From contig NZ_LN831039.1 in assembly GCF_001457595.1 (NCBI RefSeq), forward strand, positions 2,040,001 through 2,072,000: 32,000 bases of DNA, given 5' to 3'. The translations under genes and the position numbers were made by a program. The notes below the pieces were generated by a model, which was given only the letters and a program-made list of their open reading frames with translations, made no database searches and was not told the DNA's origin. This stretch comes from Mycolicibacterium smegmatis. Lineage in GTDB: Bacteria; Actinomycetota; Actinomycetes; Mycobacteriales; Mycobacteriaceae. Shown here piece after piece: positions 9,267-17,435 of the stretch (position 1 is the stretch's first letter; every line of letters starts with the position of its first letter).

Positions 9267-11666
9267 TCACCGTTGGGCGGCCGTCACCTCCTGCGGCATC
9301 TCCAGCACCCCGCGCTCGATGAGCTCGTCGATCTCGGCGTCGGACAGGCCGAGCAGTTCCGCCGCGATTTCGCGGGTCTGCTCACCCAGCAGCGGTGCCT
9401 GACCCAGCGGCGGATCGGCGACCCGGTCGGAGTGGATCTGGACGTTCTCCATCATGAACGGCTCGGCGGCGTGCGGGTGCAGCTCCTCGCGGAAAGCACG
9501 ACGCTCCGCGTAATAGCCGAAGTTCGGCACCTCGCCTGCGTGCAGCACCGCACCGGCAGGCACCCCGGCTTTTTGCAGAAGCTCCATCGCCGCGGTCGCG
9601 GTGCGCGCGGACGTCCACGCCCGCACCGCCTCGTCGATGCGTGCGCGGTCGGCGTCCCGGCCGGCGGGCGTGTTCAGGGCGTCGTCGGCCGCGAGGTCGG
9701 CCCGGCCGATCACGCCGCACAGCGCCTGCCAGTCGGTGGTGTCGCGCACCGTGACCGCCACCCACTTGTCCTCGCCCTCGGCGGGGAACAGGCCCCACGG
9801 CGCGTCGTGCACCGGTTCGTCCGAGCGCGCATGCCCCTGCCGCTGCAGCACCTCCGCGGCGATCTCGCCCGCCAGGTGGCTCAGCATCACCTCGGACTGC
9901 GCGACGCTGACCGCGCCGCCGGTTCCGGTGCGCTCGCGGCGCAACAGCAGCGTCAGCGCGGTGAGCGCGCCGATGCGCGCCGCGACGTGGTCGGGGTAGA
10001 CCGTCACCGTGTCACAGAACTCGCCAGGCGCGTCGGGGTACACCCACAGGTCGGTGAACCCGGCCGCGGCCCGCACGAGCGGCCCGTAGCCCAATCGCCT
10101 GGCCCACGGGCCAGTGGGCCCGAACGCCGAGCTGTCGACCACCACGATGCCGGGATTCACCTTCTTCAGGCTCCCGAAATCCATGCCGAGCGCCTGTGCC
10201 ACACCAGGTTTGAAATTCGTGAGCACCACGTCGGCATCTTCGGCGAGGCGGTGCGCGAGTGCGCGGCCCTCGTCAGAACGCAGGTCGATACCGATCGAGC
10301 GTTTGTTGCGATGCCCGGACGCGTACGTCTGCGACATCATGTTGAGCCTGCCGCGCAGCCCGTCGGGAAACGCCGAATTCTCGATCTTGATGACGTCGGC
10401 ACCGAGATCGGCGAACAAACGCCCGGTGTCCGCGCCGACCACGATCACCCCGAGGTCGAGCACCCGGAGCCCTTCCAGTGGAAGGCCGACGTCTCGGCGT
10501 GCCCGGCCGCCGAGAACCGGTGCGCCCTCGGGAGGGGCGGACGTGCCCCGCGGTGCGGTGAGCGCGCTGGCGCGGTGGCCGTCCACCTCGGAGACACCCA
10601 CCGGCACCGGCGCGGTGAATCCGTTGGCGAGTTCGACCTCGCGGAAAAACCCACGCTCCTTGACCTGTTCGGTGTCCAGGGCCTCGGTCAGCGTGAGCAC
10701 GGCCGCGGTCGGCACACCGTGGCGTTGTCCCTCGGCCTCCAACTCCGCGCGCGTCTTGTCCGCACAGAACCGCTCGATCGCCGGGAGCAGCGTCGGCGAC
10801 ATGAAGCGCTCCATCAGGCTGTTGAACTTGGGGTCGGCGAATTCCTCGGGCTCACCCATCCACGTGAACATGCCCTGCCACTGGCGTTTCGCCAGCACGC
10901 AGATCCGCACATAGCCGTCCTTGCAGCGGACGATTGGGTAGCGCTGCCGTTCGGCGAGCCAGTTCCTGCGCTGTTCGGCCAGCGGCACACCGGCCGACGC
11001 CGTGCCCGGTGTGCCGAACGGTGGGTCCAGCGTCTGCATCGCCCCGTCGAGCACCGAGAAGTCGATGAGATCGCCTGTGCCGGTGCGTAACCGGTCGAGG
11101 TACACGCTCACGGTCATCACCGCGGCCTGCGCGGCGGCCACCTGGTACGGCAGCTGCGGCGCAGGCGGCACCAGCGGTTCGCGCCCCGGGATACCCGAAC
11201 GCGACAGCTCGCTGGTCAGCGCGTGCAGCACCGGTGTGGTGGCCTGCCACGTGCGGTACGCGGTGTCGCGGCCGAAGTCGCTGACCGACAGGATCACCAG
11301 CGAGGGGTGATCGGCGTGGATCTCTCTGGCCGACAACGCCTTCTCGGCATCCGAACCGGGCCGGGTGTTCTCGATGAGGATGTCGGCGTCGGCCAGCAAC
11401 TCACGCCAGCGCCGCGCGCCATCGGCTGTCGAGGTGTCGAGGTCGACGGTGCTCAGGCCGAACCGGTTGATGGCGGTGCCCACCGGAACCGCGCCGATGC
11501 GCGGCCCCACTGTCGCCCCGGCCTCGGTCACCCCGGCCAGGTTGACCGGCGTGACCTGCGCACCGAGATCGGCGAGCAGACGCCCGACCGCGGTGATCGG
11601 GCCGGACGACAGATCGAGGACCTTGACCCCGGAAAGGGGCGGATCGTAGGTGTCGGTGCTCGTCAT
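9267..11666 (-). CDS. Tandem-domain class III (CaiB/BaiF family) CoA-transferase
   Basis: 799 aa. N-half: LSGVKVLDLSSGPITAVGRLLADLGAQVT...IDFSVLDGAMQ. C-half restarts at LPLEGLRVLDLGVIVVGADTGRLFADLGADVIKIE...YASGHRNKRSIGIDLRSDEGR...LTNFKPGV. Confidence 0.9.
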   Translation of the reverse strand: MTSTDTYDPPLSGVKVLDLSSGPITAVGRLLADLGAQVTPVNLAGVTEAGATVGPRIGAVPVGTAINRFGLSTVDLDTSTADGARRWRELLADADILIENTRPGSDAEKALSAREIHADHPSLVILSVSDFGRDTAYRTWQATTPVLHALTSELSRSGIPGREPLVPPAPQLPYQVAAAQAAVMTVSVYLDRLRTGTGDLIDFSVLDGAMQTLDPPFGTPGTASAGVPLAEQRRNWLAERQRYPIVRCKDGYVRICVLAKRQWQGMFTWMGEPEEFADPKFNSLMERFMSPTLLPAIERFCADKTRAELEAEGQRHGVPTAAVLTLTEALDTEQVKERGFFREVELANGFTAPVPVGVSEVDGHRASALTAPRGTSAPPEGAPVLGGRARRDVGLPLEGLRVLDLGVIVVGADTGRLFADLGADVIKIENSAFPDGLRGRLNMMSQTYASGHRNKRSIGIDLRSDEGRALAHRLAEDADVVLTNFKPGVAQALGMDFGSLKKVNPGIVVVDSSAFGPTGPWARRLGYGPLVRAAAGFTDLWVYPDAPGEFCDTVTVYPDHVAARIGALTALTLLLRRERTGTGGAVSVAQSEVMLSHLAGEIAAEVLQRQGHARSDEPVHDAPWGLFPAEGEDKWVAVTVRDTTDWQALCGVIGRADLAADDALNTPAGRDADRARIDEAVRAWTSARTATAAMELLQKAGVPAGAVLHAGEVPNFGYYAERRAFREELHPHAAEPFMMENVQIHSDRVADPPLGQAPLLGEQTREIAAELLGLSDAEIDELIERGVLEMPQEVTAAQR

Positions 11667-11671
11667 GTCGG

Positions 11672-12865
11672 TCAGCTCCGGCGTGCCTCGCGGAACGGGA
11701 TGTCCCGGTCCACCTCGGGTTCCTTCGGCAGGCCCAGGACGCGCTCGCCGATGATGTTGCGCTGCACCTGATCCGTGCCGCCGCCGATCGAGGTGAAGAA
11801 CGCGTTGAGCGTGAGGAAGTTGATGTCGTCGGCCTCCGGGTTCTCCGGACCGGCCAAAAGCGCCTCGGCACCGATGATCTCGGTCTTGAGCCGCGCCTCC
11901 GAATGCAGGATGTGCGACATCGCGAGCTTGCCCAGCGACATGATGGACGTCGATGTGCCCTGTCCGGCAGAGGCTTTCGCGCGCGCGTTGTTGAGGCGGT
12001 TGAGTTCGCGCAGCGCGAGCACGTTCGCGAGTTCCTTCCGGATCGCCGGATCGTCCAGACGCCCGTGTTCGCGTGCCAGTTCGACAAGGCTGTCGGCCTT
12101 GGACTTGTTGCGCGATCCGCGTCCGCTGTCACCCATGATCGAGCGCTCGTAGGCCAGCGCGGTCTGCAGCACACGCCACCCGTTGCCCTCGCCGCCAACG
12201 AGGTACTCGTCGGACACCCGCGCATCGGTGATGAACACCTCGTTGAAGTGTGACTCACCGGTGATCTGCACCAGCGGGCGCACCTCGATACCGAGCTGCT
12301 TCATCGGGATGACGAAAAAGCTCAGGCCCTTGTGCTTGGGGACGTCCCAGTCGGTACGGGCGATCAGCAGCGCGTACTCGCTGGTCGCGGCACCCGAGGT
12401 CCACACCTTCTGCCCGTTGACCATCCACTCGTCGCCATCACGCACGGCCGTGGTGCGCACGGCCGCGAGGTCGGAGCCCGCGCCCGGCTCGCTGTAGAGC
12501 AGGCACGTGCGCGAACGCTCGGTGAGGAACTCGTACAGCAGGTGCTGTTTGATGGTGTCGTTGCCGAACATCAGGATCGTGTTGGCCGGGATGCTGTACT
12601 TGTCCAGGCGTGAGCCCGGGGCGCGGACGGCCCGGAATTCCTTCTCGATGACCGAGGCGAGCTTGTGCGGATACTCGCGGCCCCACCACTGCTTCGGGTA
12701 GGACGGCACGGCATAGCCGGCGTCGACGACCTTCTCCAGCCACGCGATGCGCTCCGGGGTGCTGACCCAGGGATCGGTCTGCTTGGGCAGGCCTTTCCAG
12801 TTCTGGGCGAGCCACTCCCGCACCTCGGCAGCCAGTTCCTCGGGGGTGGGCAGTTCGTTGGTCAT
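11672..12865 (-). CDS. Acyl-CoA dehydrogenase
   Basis: In-frame start at 12865 (MTNELPTPEELAAEVREWLAQNWKGLP...) is translationally close to the upstream gene. Motifs QKVWTSGA, LAYERS, and C-terminal SIGGGTDQVQRNIIGERVLGLPK. The upstream ORF extension to 13267 is spurious. Confidence 0.92.
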   Translation of the reverse strand: MTNELPTPEELAAEVREWLAQNWKGLPKQTDPWVSTPERIAWLEKVVDAGYAVPSYPKQWWGREYPHKLASVIEKEFRAVRAPGSRLDKYSIPANTILMFGNDTIKQHLLYEFLTERSRTCLLYSEPGAGSDLAAVRTTAVRDGDEWMVNGQKVWTSGAATSEYALLIARTDWDVPKHKGLSFFVIPMKQLGIEVRPLVQITGESHFNEVFITDARVSDEYLVGGEGNGWRVLQTALAYERSIMGDSGRGSRNKSKADSLVELAREHGRLDDPAIRKELANVLALRELNRLNNARAKASAGQGTSTSIMSLGKLAMSHILHSEARLKTEIIGAEALLAGPENPEADDINFLTLNAFFTSIGGGTDQVQRNIIGERVLGLPKEPEVDRDIPFREARRS

Positions 12866-12866
12866 G

Positions 12867-13982
12867 TCAGGCGCCTTTCGCGGTGAGGTAACGCTCGCGG
12901 TGCTGAGCCGAGCTGCCGAACAGTTGCAGGCCGGTGCGGGCCCGGCGCACGAACAGGTGCGCGGGATGCTCCCAGGTGAAGCCGATGCCGCCGTGCATCT
13001 GGACGGCCTGCATGGCCGTCGTGTTGTACGCCTCGGCGCAGAAGAAGCCGGCCAGCGCGATCGCTCCCGCGGCGTCGTCGCTGCCCGCGGCCTTCTCGGC
13101 GGCCGCGTGCTGCGCGGCCGACGTCGACGACTCCACCTGCACCAGCAGATCGGCCGCCATGTGCTTGAGCGCCTGGAAGCTGCCGATGGCGCGGCCGAAC
13201 TGGATGCGGGTCTTGAGGTAGTCGATGGTGATGTCGAAGATGCGCCGTGTTCCGCCGACCTGCTCACCGGCCAGCGCGATCACCGCGAGGTCCAGTGCGT
13301 GGCTCACGGCGTCCCAGCCCGCGGTGCCGATGCGGCGCGCCGGGGTGTCGGTGAAGGTGAACGTCGACAACCGCACGGACGGGTCGAAAACGGTTGCCGC
13401 AGCGCGGGTCAGGCCTGTTGCGTCGGGTGTGACCTCGAAGATCCCGACGCCGCCCACATCATCTTTGCCGGTGCGGGCGACCACCAGGAGGACGTCGGCG
13501 ATCTGGCCGCTCAGCACGTAGTGAGCGTTACCGTTCAGCGTGTGGCCGTCGGCGCGCTCGGTCGCCTTCACGGCGACGCCCTCTTGTGCCCAGGTGCCGC
13601 GTGCCCCGGTCACGGCGACCGTCGCGATCGAGGTGCCCTCGGCGAGGCCCGGCAGCAGACGCTGCTTGTCCTCGGCGGTGCCTGCCGCTTCGATGAGCGC
13701 GGTGGCCAACACTGCGCTGCCGATGAACGGTGCCGGTAGCAGTGCCGCACCGGTCTCCTCGGCGACGGCCTCGAGCTCAAGAGCGCCGAGCCCGACGCCG
13801 CCGTACTCGGGATCGATCAGCAGCCCGGTCACACCCTGTGCGGCGAGCTTGCGCCACAACTGGGGGTCGTATCCCTCGTCGCTGCTGATCGTCTGCCGTA
13901 CGTCCTGCTCGGTGCACTCGTTCTGCAGCAGCTCCCGGACCGCGGCGGCCAACTCCGCCCGCTCGGCCACGCTGATCGTCAT
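12867..13982 (-). CDS. Acyl-CoA dehydrogenase (second subunit/paralogue)
   Basis: MTISVAERAELAAAVRELL...DPEYGGVGLGALELEAVAEETG...TRIQFGRAIGSFQALKHMAADL...AVQMHGGIGFTWEHPAHLFVRRA. Ends 1 nt before the next ACAD start. Confidence 0.92.
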   Translation of the reverse strand: MTISVAERAELAAAVRELLQNECTEQDVRQTISSDEGYDPQLWRKLAAQGVTGLLIDPEYGGVGLGALELEAVAEETGAALLPAPFIGSAVLATALIEAAGTAEDKQRLLPGLAEGTSIATVAVTGARGTWAQEGVAVKATERADGHTLNGNAHYVLSGQIADVLLVVARTGKDDVGGVGIFEVTPDATGLTRAAATVFDPSVRLSTFTFTDTPARRIGTAGWDAVSHALDLAVIALAGEQVGGTRRIFDITIDYLKTRIQFGRAIGSFQALKHMAADLLVQVESSTSAAQHAAAEKAAGSDDAAGAIALAGFFCAEAYNTTAMQAVQMHGGIGFTWEHPAHLFVRRARTGLQLFGSSAQHRERYLTAKGA

Positions 13983-14062
13983 GTGAACCGCCTTTCTGCG
14001 CGTCGCAACCATGCAACGCGTGTTCGGCGGACGTGTAAATCACGTATTAGGACACTGACAGA

Positions 14063-14077
14063 TTTCCCAAAGGGAAA
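14063..14077. repeat. Short perfect palindrome, possible operator upstream of the ACAD/CoA-transferase operon
   Basis: TTTCCC-AAA-GGGAAA in the 164-bp gap between the ACAD start (13982) and the end of the ben operon (14147). Confidence 0.35.
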
Positions 14078-14146
14078 CGCCAGGCGTGCGGGCAGATGTC
14101 CCCAGGGGTAACAGCCCAGGTCAGCCGGGGTCTATCACCCAGCCTG

Positions 14147-16909
14147 TCAACCCAGGTCGCCACCGGCCACCGGCAGGACGCTGCCGGTGATGTAGGACGC
14201 CTCGTCGGAGGCCAGAAAGCAGATCGCGGCGGCCTGCTCGTCGAGGGTTCCGTACCGGTGCATGAGCGACGAGGCGAGCGTCTGGTCGATGTGCGCCTGG
14301 AACCAGGCCCGCTCGGTGTCGTCGGCCGGCGCCGGGGTGCCGCGACTGATCCGCCGCGGCGGCGCGTCGGTACCGCCCGGCGCGGTCGCCACGACCCGGA
14401 TCCCGGCGTCGGCGTACTCCATCGCCAGTGACGCGGTGATCGCGTTGATACCGCCTTTGGCCGCCGAGTACGGGATCCGGTGGATGCCGCGGGTGGCGGC
14501 CGAGGACACGTTGACGATCACGCCGTGTCCCTGCTCGACCATCGCCGGTAGGGCCGCGCGGCACGCGTAGAGCGTGGTCATCAGTGAGCGGGTGATCTCG
14601 GCCTGGATCTCGTCGGCGGTGAACTGCGTGAACGGTTTGAAGTTGATCGCCCCGCCGACGTTGTTGATGAGCACGTCGATGTGCCCGAACTTGCGAATCG
14701 CCTGCCGGACAACTGTTTCTGCGCCGTCGGGGTGCTCCAGGTCGGCGGTGACGGCCAGGGTCGCCGGGCCGGTCTGCGACAGTTCGTCGGCGAGGTCATG
14801 GACCAGTTCGGCACGGTCGACCATGACCACACGGCCGTCCTCGGCGTTGATGCGGCGCGCGGTGTGCTCGCCGATGCCCTGGGCGGCGCCGGTCACCACC
14901 ACCACCTTGCCGCGGAACCGGCCCGGTGAGATGAACCTGGGTGTGCGTGCGGCCCGGACCTTTTCGCGCTCGGCCTGCTCCTGGTCGGCGAGTGCGCGGC
15001 GCATGGTCTGCTTGGCGCATTCGGCGTGCGCCGTGATCAGGGTCTTGGCCGCGGCGCGGTCGTGGGCCTCGAACGCCTCGACGATGCGGACGTGGTCCTG
15101 CGCGCACAGCGGGTGACACCAAGTGGCGTGGCGAAGCACCTCGCTCATGCGTCCTTTGACGTCGAGTGCCTGATACGCCTGCAGCAGGTGCTCATTGCCG
15201 GTCAGGGTGAACAGGTAGTCGTGGAATGCCGCGTTGGTCTCGGTGTACCGGGCCGCGTCGACGAAGCGGTCACCGTCCACGTACGGCAGTGTCGACTCGG
15301 CGAGCAGGCGATAACCGGCCAGCTGTGCGGTGCTCAACCGTCCGATCGTGAGTTCCAGCGCACCGAGTTCGAGCGCCTGGCGCGCCTCGAAAAGGGCATC
15401 GGACTCGTGCAGTTCGGGATGCTCCTCGCCGATCTGGTATCCGTCCGGCGCCACGGGTTGCGGTGGCTGCACATGCACCGGCTCGGGCACATCGTCGGGT
15501 ACCTCGACCACAGAGGCGGGGGCTGCGACTGCCCGGGCGGCGAAAACCTCCTGCCCCGCAAGCGATCGCGCCCCGCTCGCCCGCAGCGCACCGCCGTCGT
15601 CGTCGAGCTGGGTCGCGGTCCCCGGCGCGGCGGGTGCGATCAACTGACCGGCGATCCGGCGCGCGCTGTCGGCGTGGTCATGCCCCGGCCGGCTCGCGGT
15701 CTGTTCGGCCGGGGCCATGTCGATGCTCGACGGTATCTGTTGGCCGCAGATCGCGTCCGCGTCGGGAGCGGTGAGCAGGTTCTCGACCGGCCCCGCGGCC
15801 GATTCCTCGGCGGGGGATCGGTCGGCGGGCGCATCGGGCGCACCGGCACGGGTGAGCCCGAACTTCTCGAAGTAGAAACCGGTCGGCGTGACACCGGAAT
15901 TGGTCAGGTGGGTGCGGACTGCCTCGACCATGGGCGGTGGTCCGCACAGGTAGACGGCCACGTCACCGCCGTAAAGATGCTCGGAGCTGATCAGTTCGGG
16001 TATGCGTACCTTGTTGGCCGAGGTGCTCGACGGGTCGGATACGCAGTGACTCCACGTGAACGCGGGCAACTGGGAGGCGAATTCGTCGATGCGGTCCAGT
16101 TCGACCAGATCGGCGTCGGAGCTCACGCCGTAGATCAGATGGGCCGTGCGGGTGCTGCCGTCAGAACGCAGCTTGCCCAGCATCGACAGCACCGGCGCCA
16201 GGCCGGTGCCGCCGGCCAGCAGCAGGATGGGGCGCTCGGCCTCGCGCAGGAAGAACGATCCGTGCGGCCCGGTGAAGCTGACCGCGTCGCCCACCACCGC
16301 GCGTCGCGACAGGTACTCCGACATGGCCCCGCCGGGAACGAGTTTCACCAGGAAGGTCAGCAACGCCTCGTCCGGGGGGTTGGAAAACGAGTACGACCGC
16401 GTGATGTCGGTGCCCGGCACCGTGATGTTGACGTACTGGCCGGGCAGGAACGCCAGGTCGGCACGGTCGGGGATCTCGACGGTGAACCGGACCGTCGTGG
16501 CGGACAGGCGGGTCAGTTCGACGATGGTGCCTGTGTATCTGGTGGCCTGGGTCTTGGCGATGTCGGACGTGCCTGCGATCTGCAGCACCAGGTCCGAGCG
16601 TGGTTTCATGCTGCACGGCAGGACATATCCGCGTTCGGCCTCGTCGGGTGCGAGCGCGTCGTCGATGTAGGTGCCTGCGTCGTAGCGGCCCGACTCGCAC
16701 AGCGCCTTGCACGTGCCGCACGCGCCGTCGCGGCAGTCCAGCGGGATGTTGATGCGCTGCCGGTACGACGCGTCGGCCACGGTCTGGTCGGCGCGGCAGG
16801 TGATGAACCTGGTGACCCCGTCCTCGAAGGACAAGGCCACCGAGAAGGTTTCGTCGCCCTCCGGGGTGTTCGGGTGCTGCGCGGAATTTCTGTCGATCAT
16901 CACGGTCAT
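14147..16909 (-). CDS. benC-benD fusion: Fusion protein: benzoate dioxygenase reductase (BenC) + linker + GntR-type FCD domain + benzoate diol dehydrogenase (BenD, SDR)
   Basis: 920 aa. Residues ~20-105: 2Fe-2S ferredoxin (CRDGACGTCKALC...PCS). ~120-350: FAD/NAD reductase (RSYSFSNPP, LLLAGGTGLAPVLSML, CGPPPMVEA). ~356-490: low-complexity linker. ~495-645: FCD-like (DALFEARQALELGALEL...TNAAFHDYLFTLTGNEHLL...DHVRIVEAFEAHD...AHAECA). ~665-920: SDR (VVVVTGAAQGIG...NNVGG...YSAAKGG...VLPVAGGDL). Confidence 0.92.
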   Translation of the reverse strand: MTVMIDRNSAQHPNTPEGDETFSVALSFEDGVTRFITCRADQTVADASYRQRINIPLDCRDGACGTCKALCESGRYDAGTYIDDALAPDEAERGYVLPCSMKPRSDLVLQIAGTSDIAKTQATRYTGTIVELTRLSATTVRFTVEIPDRADLAFLPGQYVNITVPGTDITRSYSFSNPPDEALLTFLVKLVPGGAMSEYLSRRAVVGDAVSFTGPHGSFFLREAERPILLLAGGTGLAPVLSMLGKLRSDGSTRTAHLIYGVSSDADLVELDRIDEFASQLPAFTWSHCVSDPSSTSANKVRIPELISSEHLYGGDVAVYLCGPPPMVEAVRTHLTNSGVTPTGFYFEKFGLTRAGAPDAPADRSPAEESAAGPVENLLTAPDADAICGQQIPSSIDMAPAEQTASRPGHDHADSARRIAGQLIAPAAPGTATQLDDDGGALRASGARSLAGQEVFAARAVAAPASVVEVPDDVPEPVHVQPPQPVAPDGYQIGEEHPELHESDALFEARQALELGALELTIGRLSTAQLAGYRLLAESTLPYVDGDRFVDAARYTETNAAFHDYLFTLTGNEHLLQAYQALDVKGRMSEVLRHATWCHPLCAQDHVRIVEAFEAHDRAAAKTLITAHAECAKQTMRRALADQEQAEREKVRAARTPRFISPGRFRGKVVVVTGAAQGIGEHTARRINAEDGRVVMVDRAELVHDLADELSQTGPATLAVTADLEHPDGAETVVRQAIRKFGHIDVLINNVGGAINFKPFTQFTADEIQAEITRSLMTTLYACRAALPAMVEQGHGVIVNVSSAATRGIHRIPYSAAKGGINAITASLAMEYADAGIRVVATAPGGTDAPPRRISRGTPAPADDTERAWFQAHIDQTLASSLMHRYGTLDEQAAAICFLASDEASYITGSVLPVAGGDLG

Positions 16910-16918
16910 GGCGGGTCC

Positions 16919-17434
16919 CTAGAAGTGGTAGATGTCCACCACGTGGTGGATGTAGTCGTTCTTCAGCACGACCGTCTTGCGCCGGATCAGCGGCTGTTCA
17001 CCGGAGAAGTCGATGGTGTAGAAGGAGGTCCCGTAGTACGGGTCGACCGTCTTGTACCGGAAATACATGGTGTGCCAGTTGAACCGGACATCCACCAGGT
17101 CGCCGCGCCGCTCGATGACCTCGACGTTGCTGATGTTGTGGCTCGTGCGTGGCTCGGGCAGCGATGTCGCCGAGGACCGTTCGGTGCGGATCCGGAACAC
17201 GCGGTCTTCCAGTCCGCCTTTGTTGGCGTAGTAGATCAGCGAGATGTCGCGCTGCGGATCCTCGACCAGTCGGTCGTCGTCGGCCCACGAGGGCATCCAG
17301 TAGACGACGTCGTCGGCGTAACACTCCAACCATTTCTCGAACTCGCGGTCGTCGAGATACCGGGCCTCCCGGTAGAGGAACTGCTCGATGACGTTCTGGG
17401 TGATGAGCTTGGCTGGCTTTTCGGTGGTGGTCAT
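16919..17434 (-). CDS. benB: Benzoate 1,2-dioxygenase small (beta) subunit
   Basis: 171 aa. ITQNVIEQFLYREARYLDDREFEKWLECYADDVVYWMPSWADD...YTIDFSGEQPLIRRKTVVLKNDYIHHVVDIYHF. Sits between benA and the benC-type reductase. Confidence 0.94.
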   Translation of the reverse strand: MTTTEKPAKLITQNVIEQFLYREARYLDDREFEKWLECYADDVVYWMPSWADDDRLVEDPQRDISLIYYANKGGLEDRVFRIRTERSSATSLPEPRTSHNISNVEVIERRGDLVDVRFNWHTMYFRYKTVDPYYGTSFYTIDFSGEQPLIRRKTVVLKNDYIHHVVDIYHF

Positions 17435-17435
17435 G

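Noticed and set aside
12866-13267. N-terminal extension of the ACAD ORF 11672..13267
   Set aside because: The extension is Arg/Pro/Thr-rich nonsense antisense-frame sequence within the neighbouring ACAD gene; the natural start is MTNELPTPEEL at 12865.
14147-16909. Possibility that the benC/FCD/benD fusion is a sequencing or assembly artefact
   Set aside because: Cannot be fully excluded without reads. However, there is no frame change or partial motif, all three modules are complete in one frame, and the linker is also open. Kept as a real fusion.
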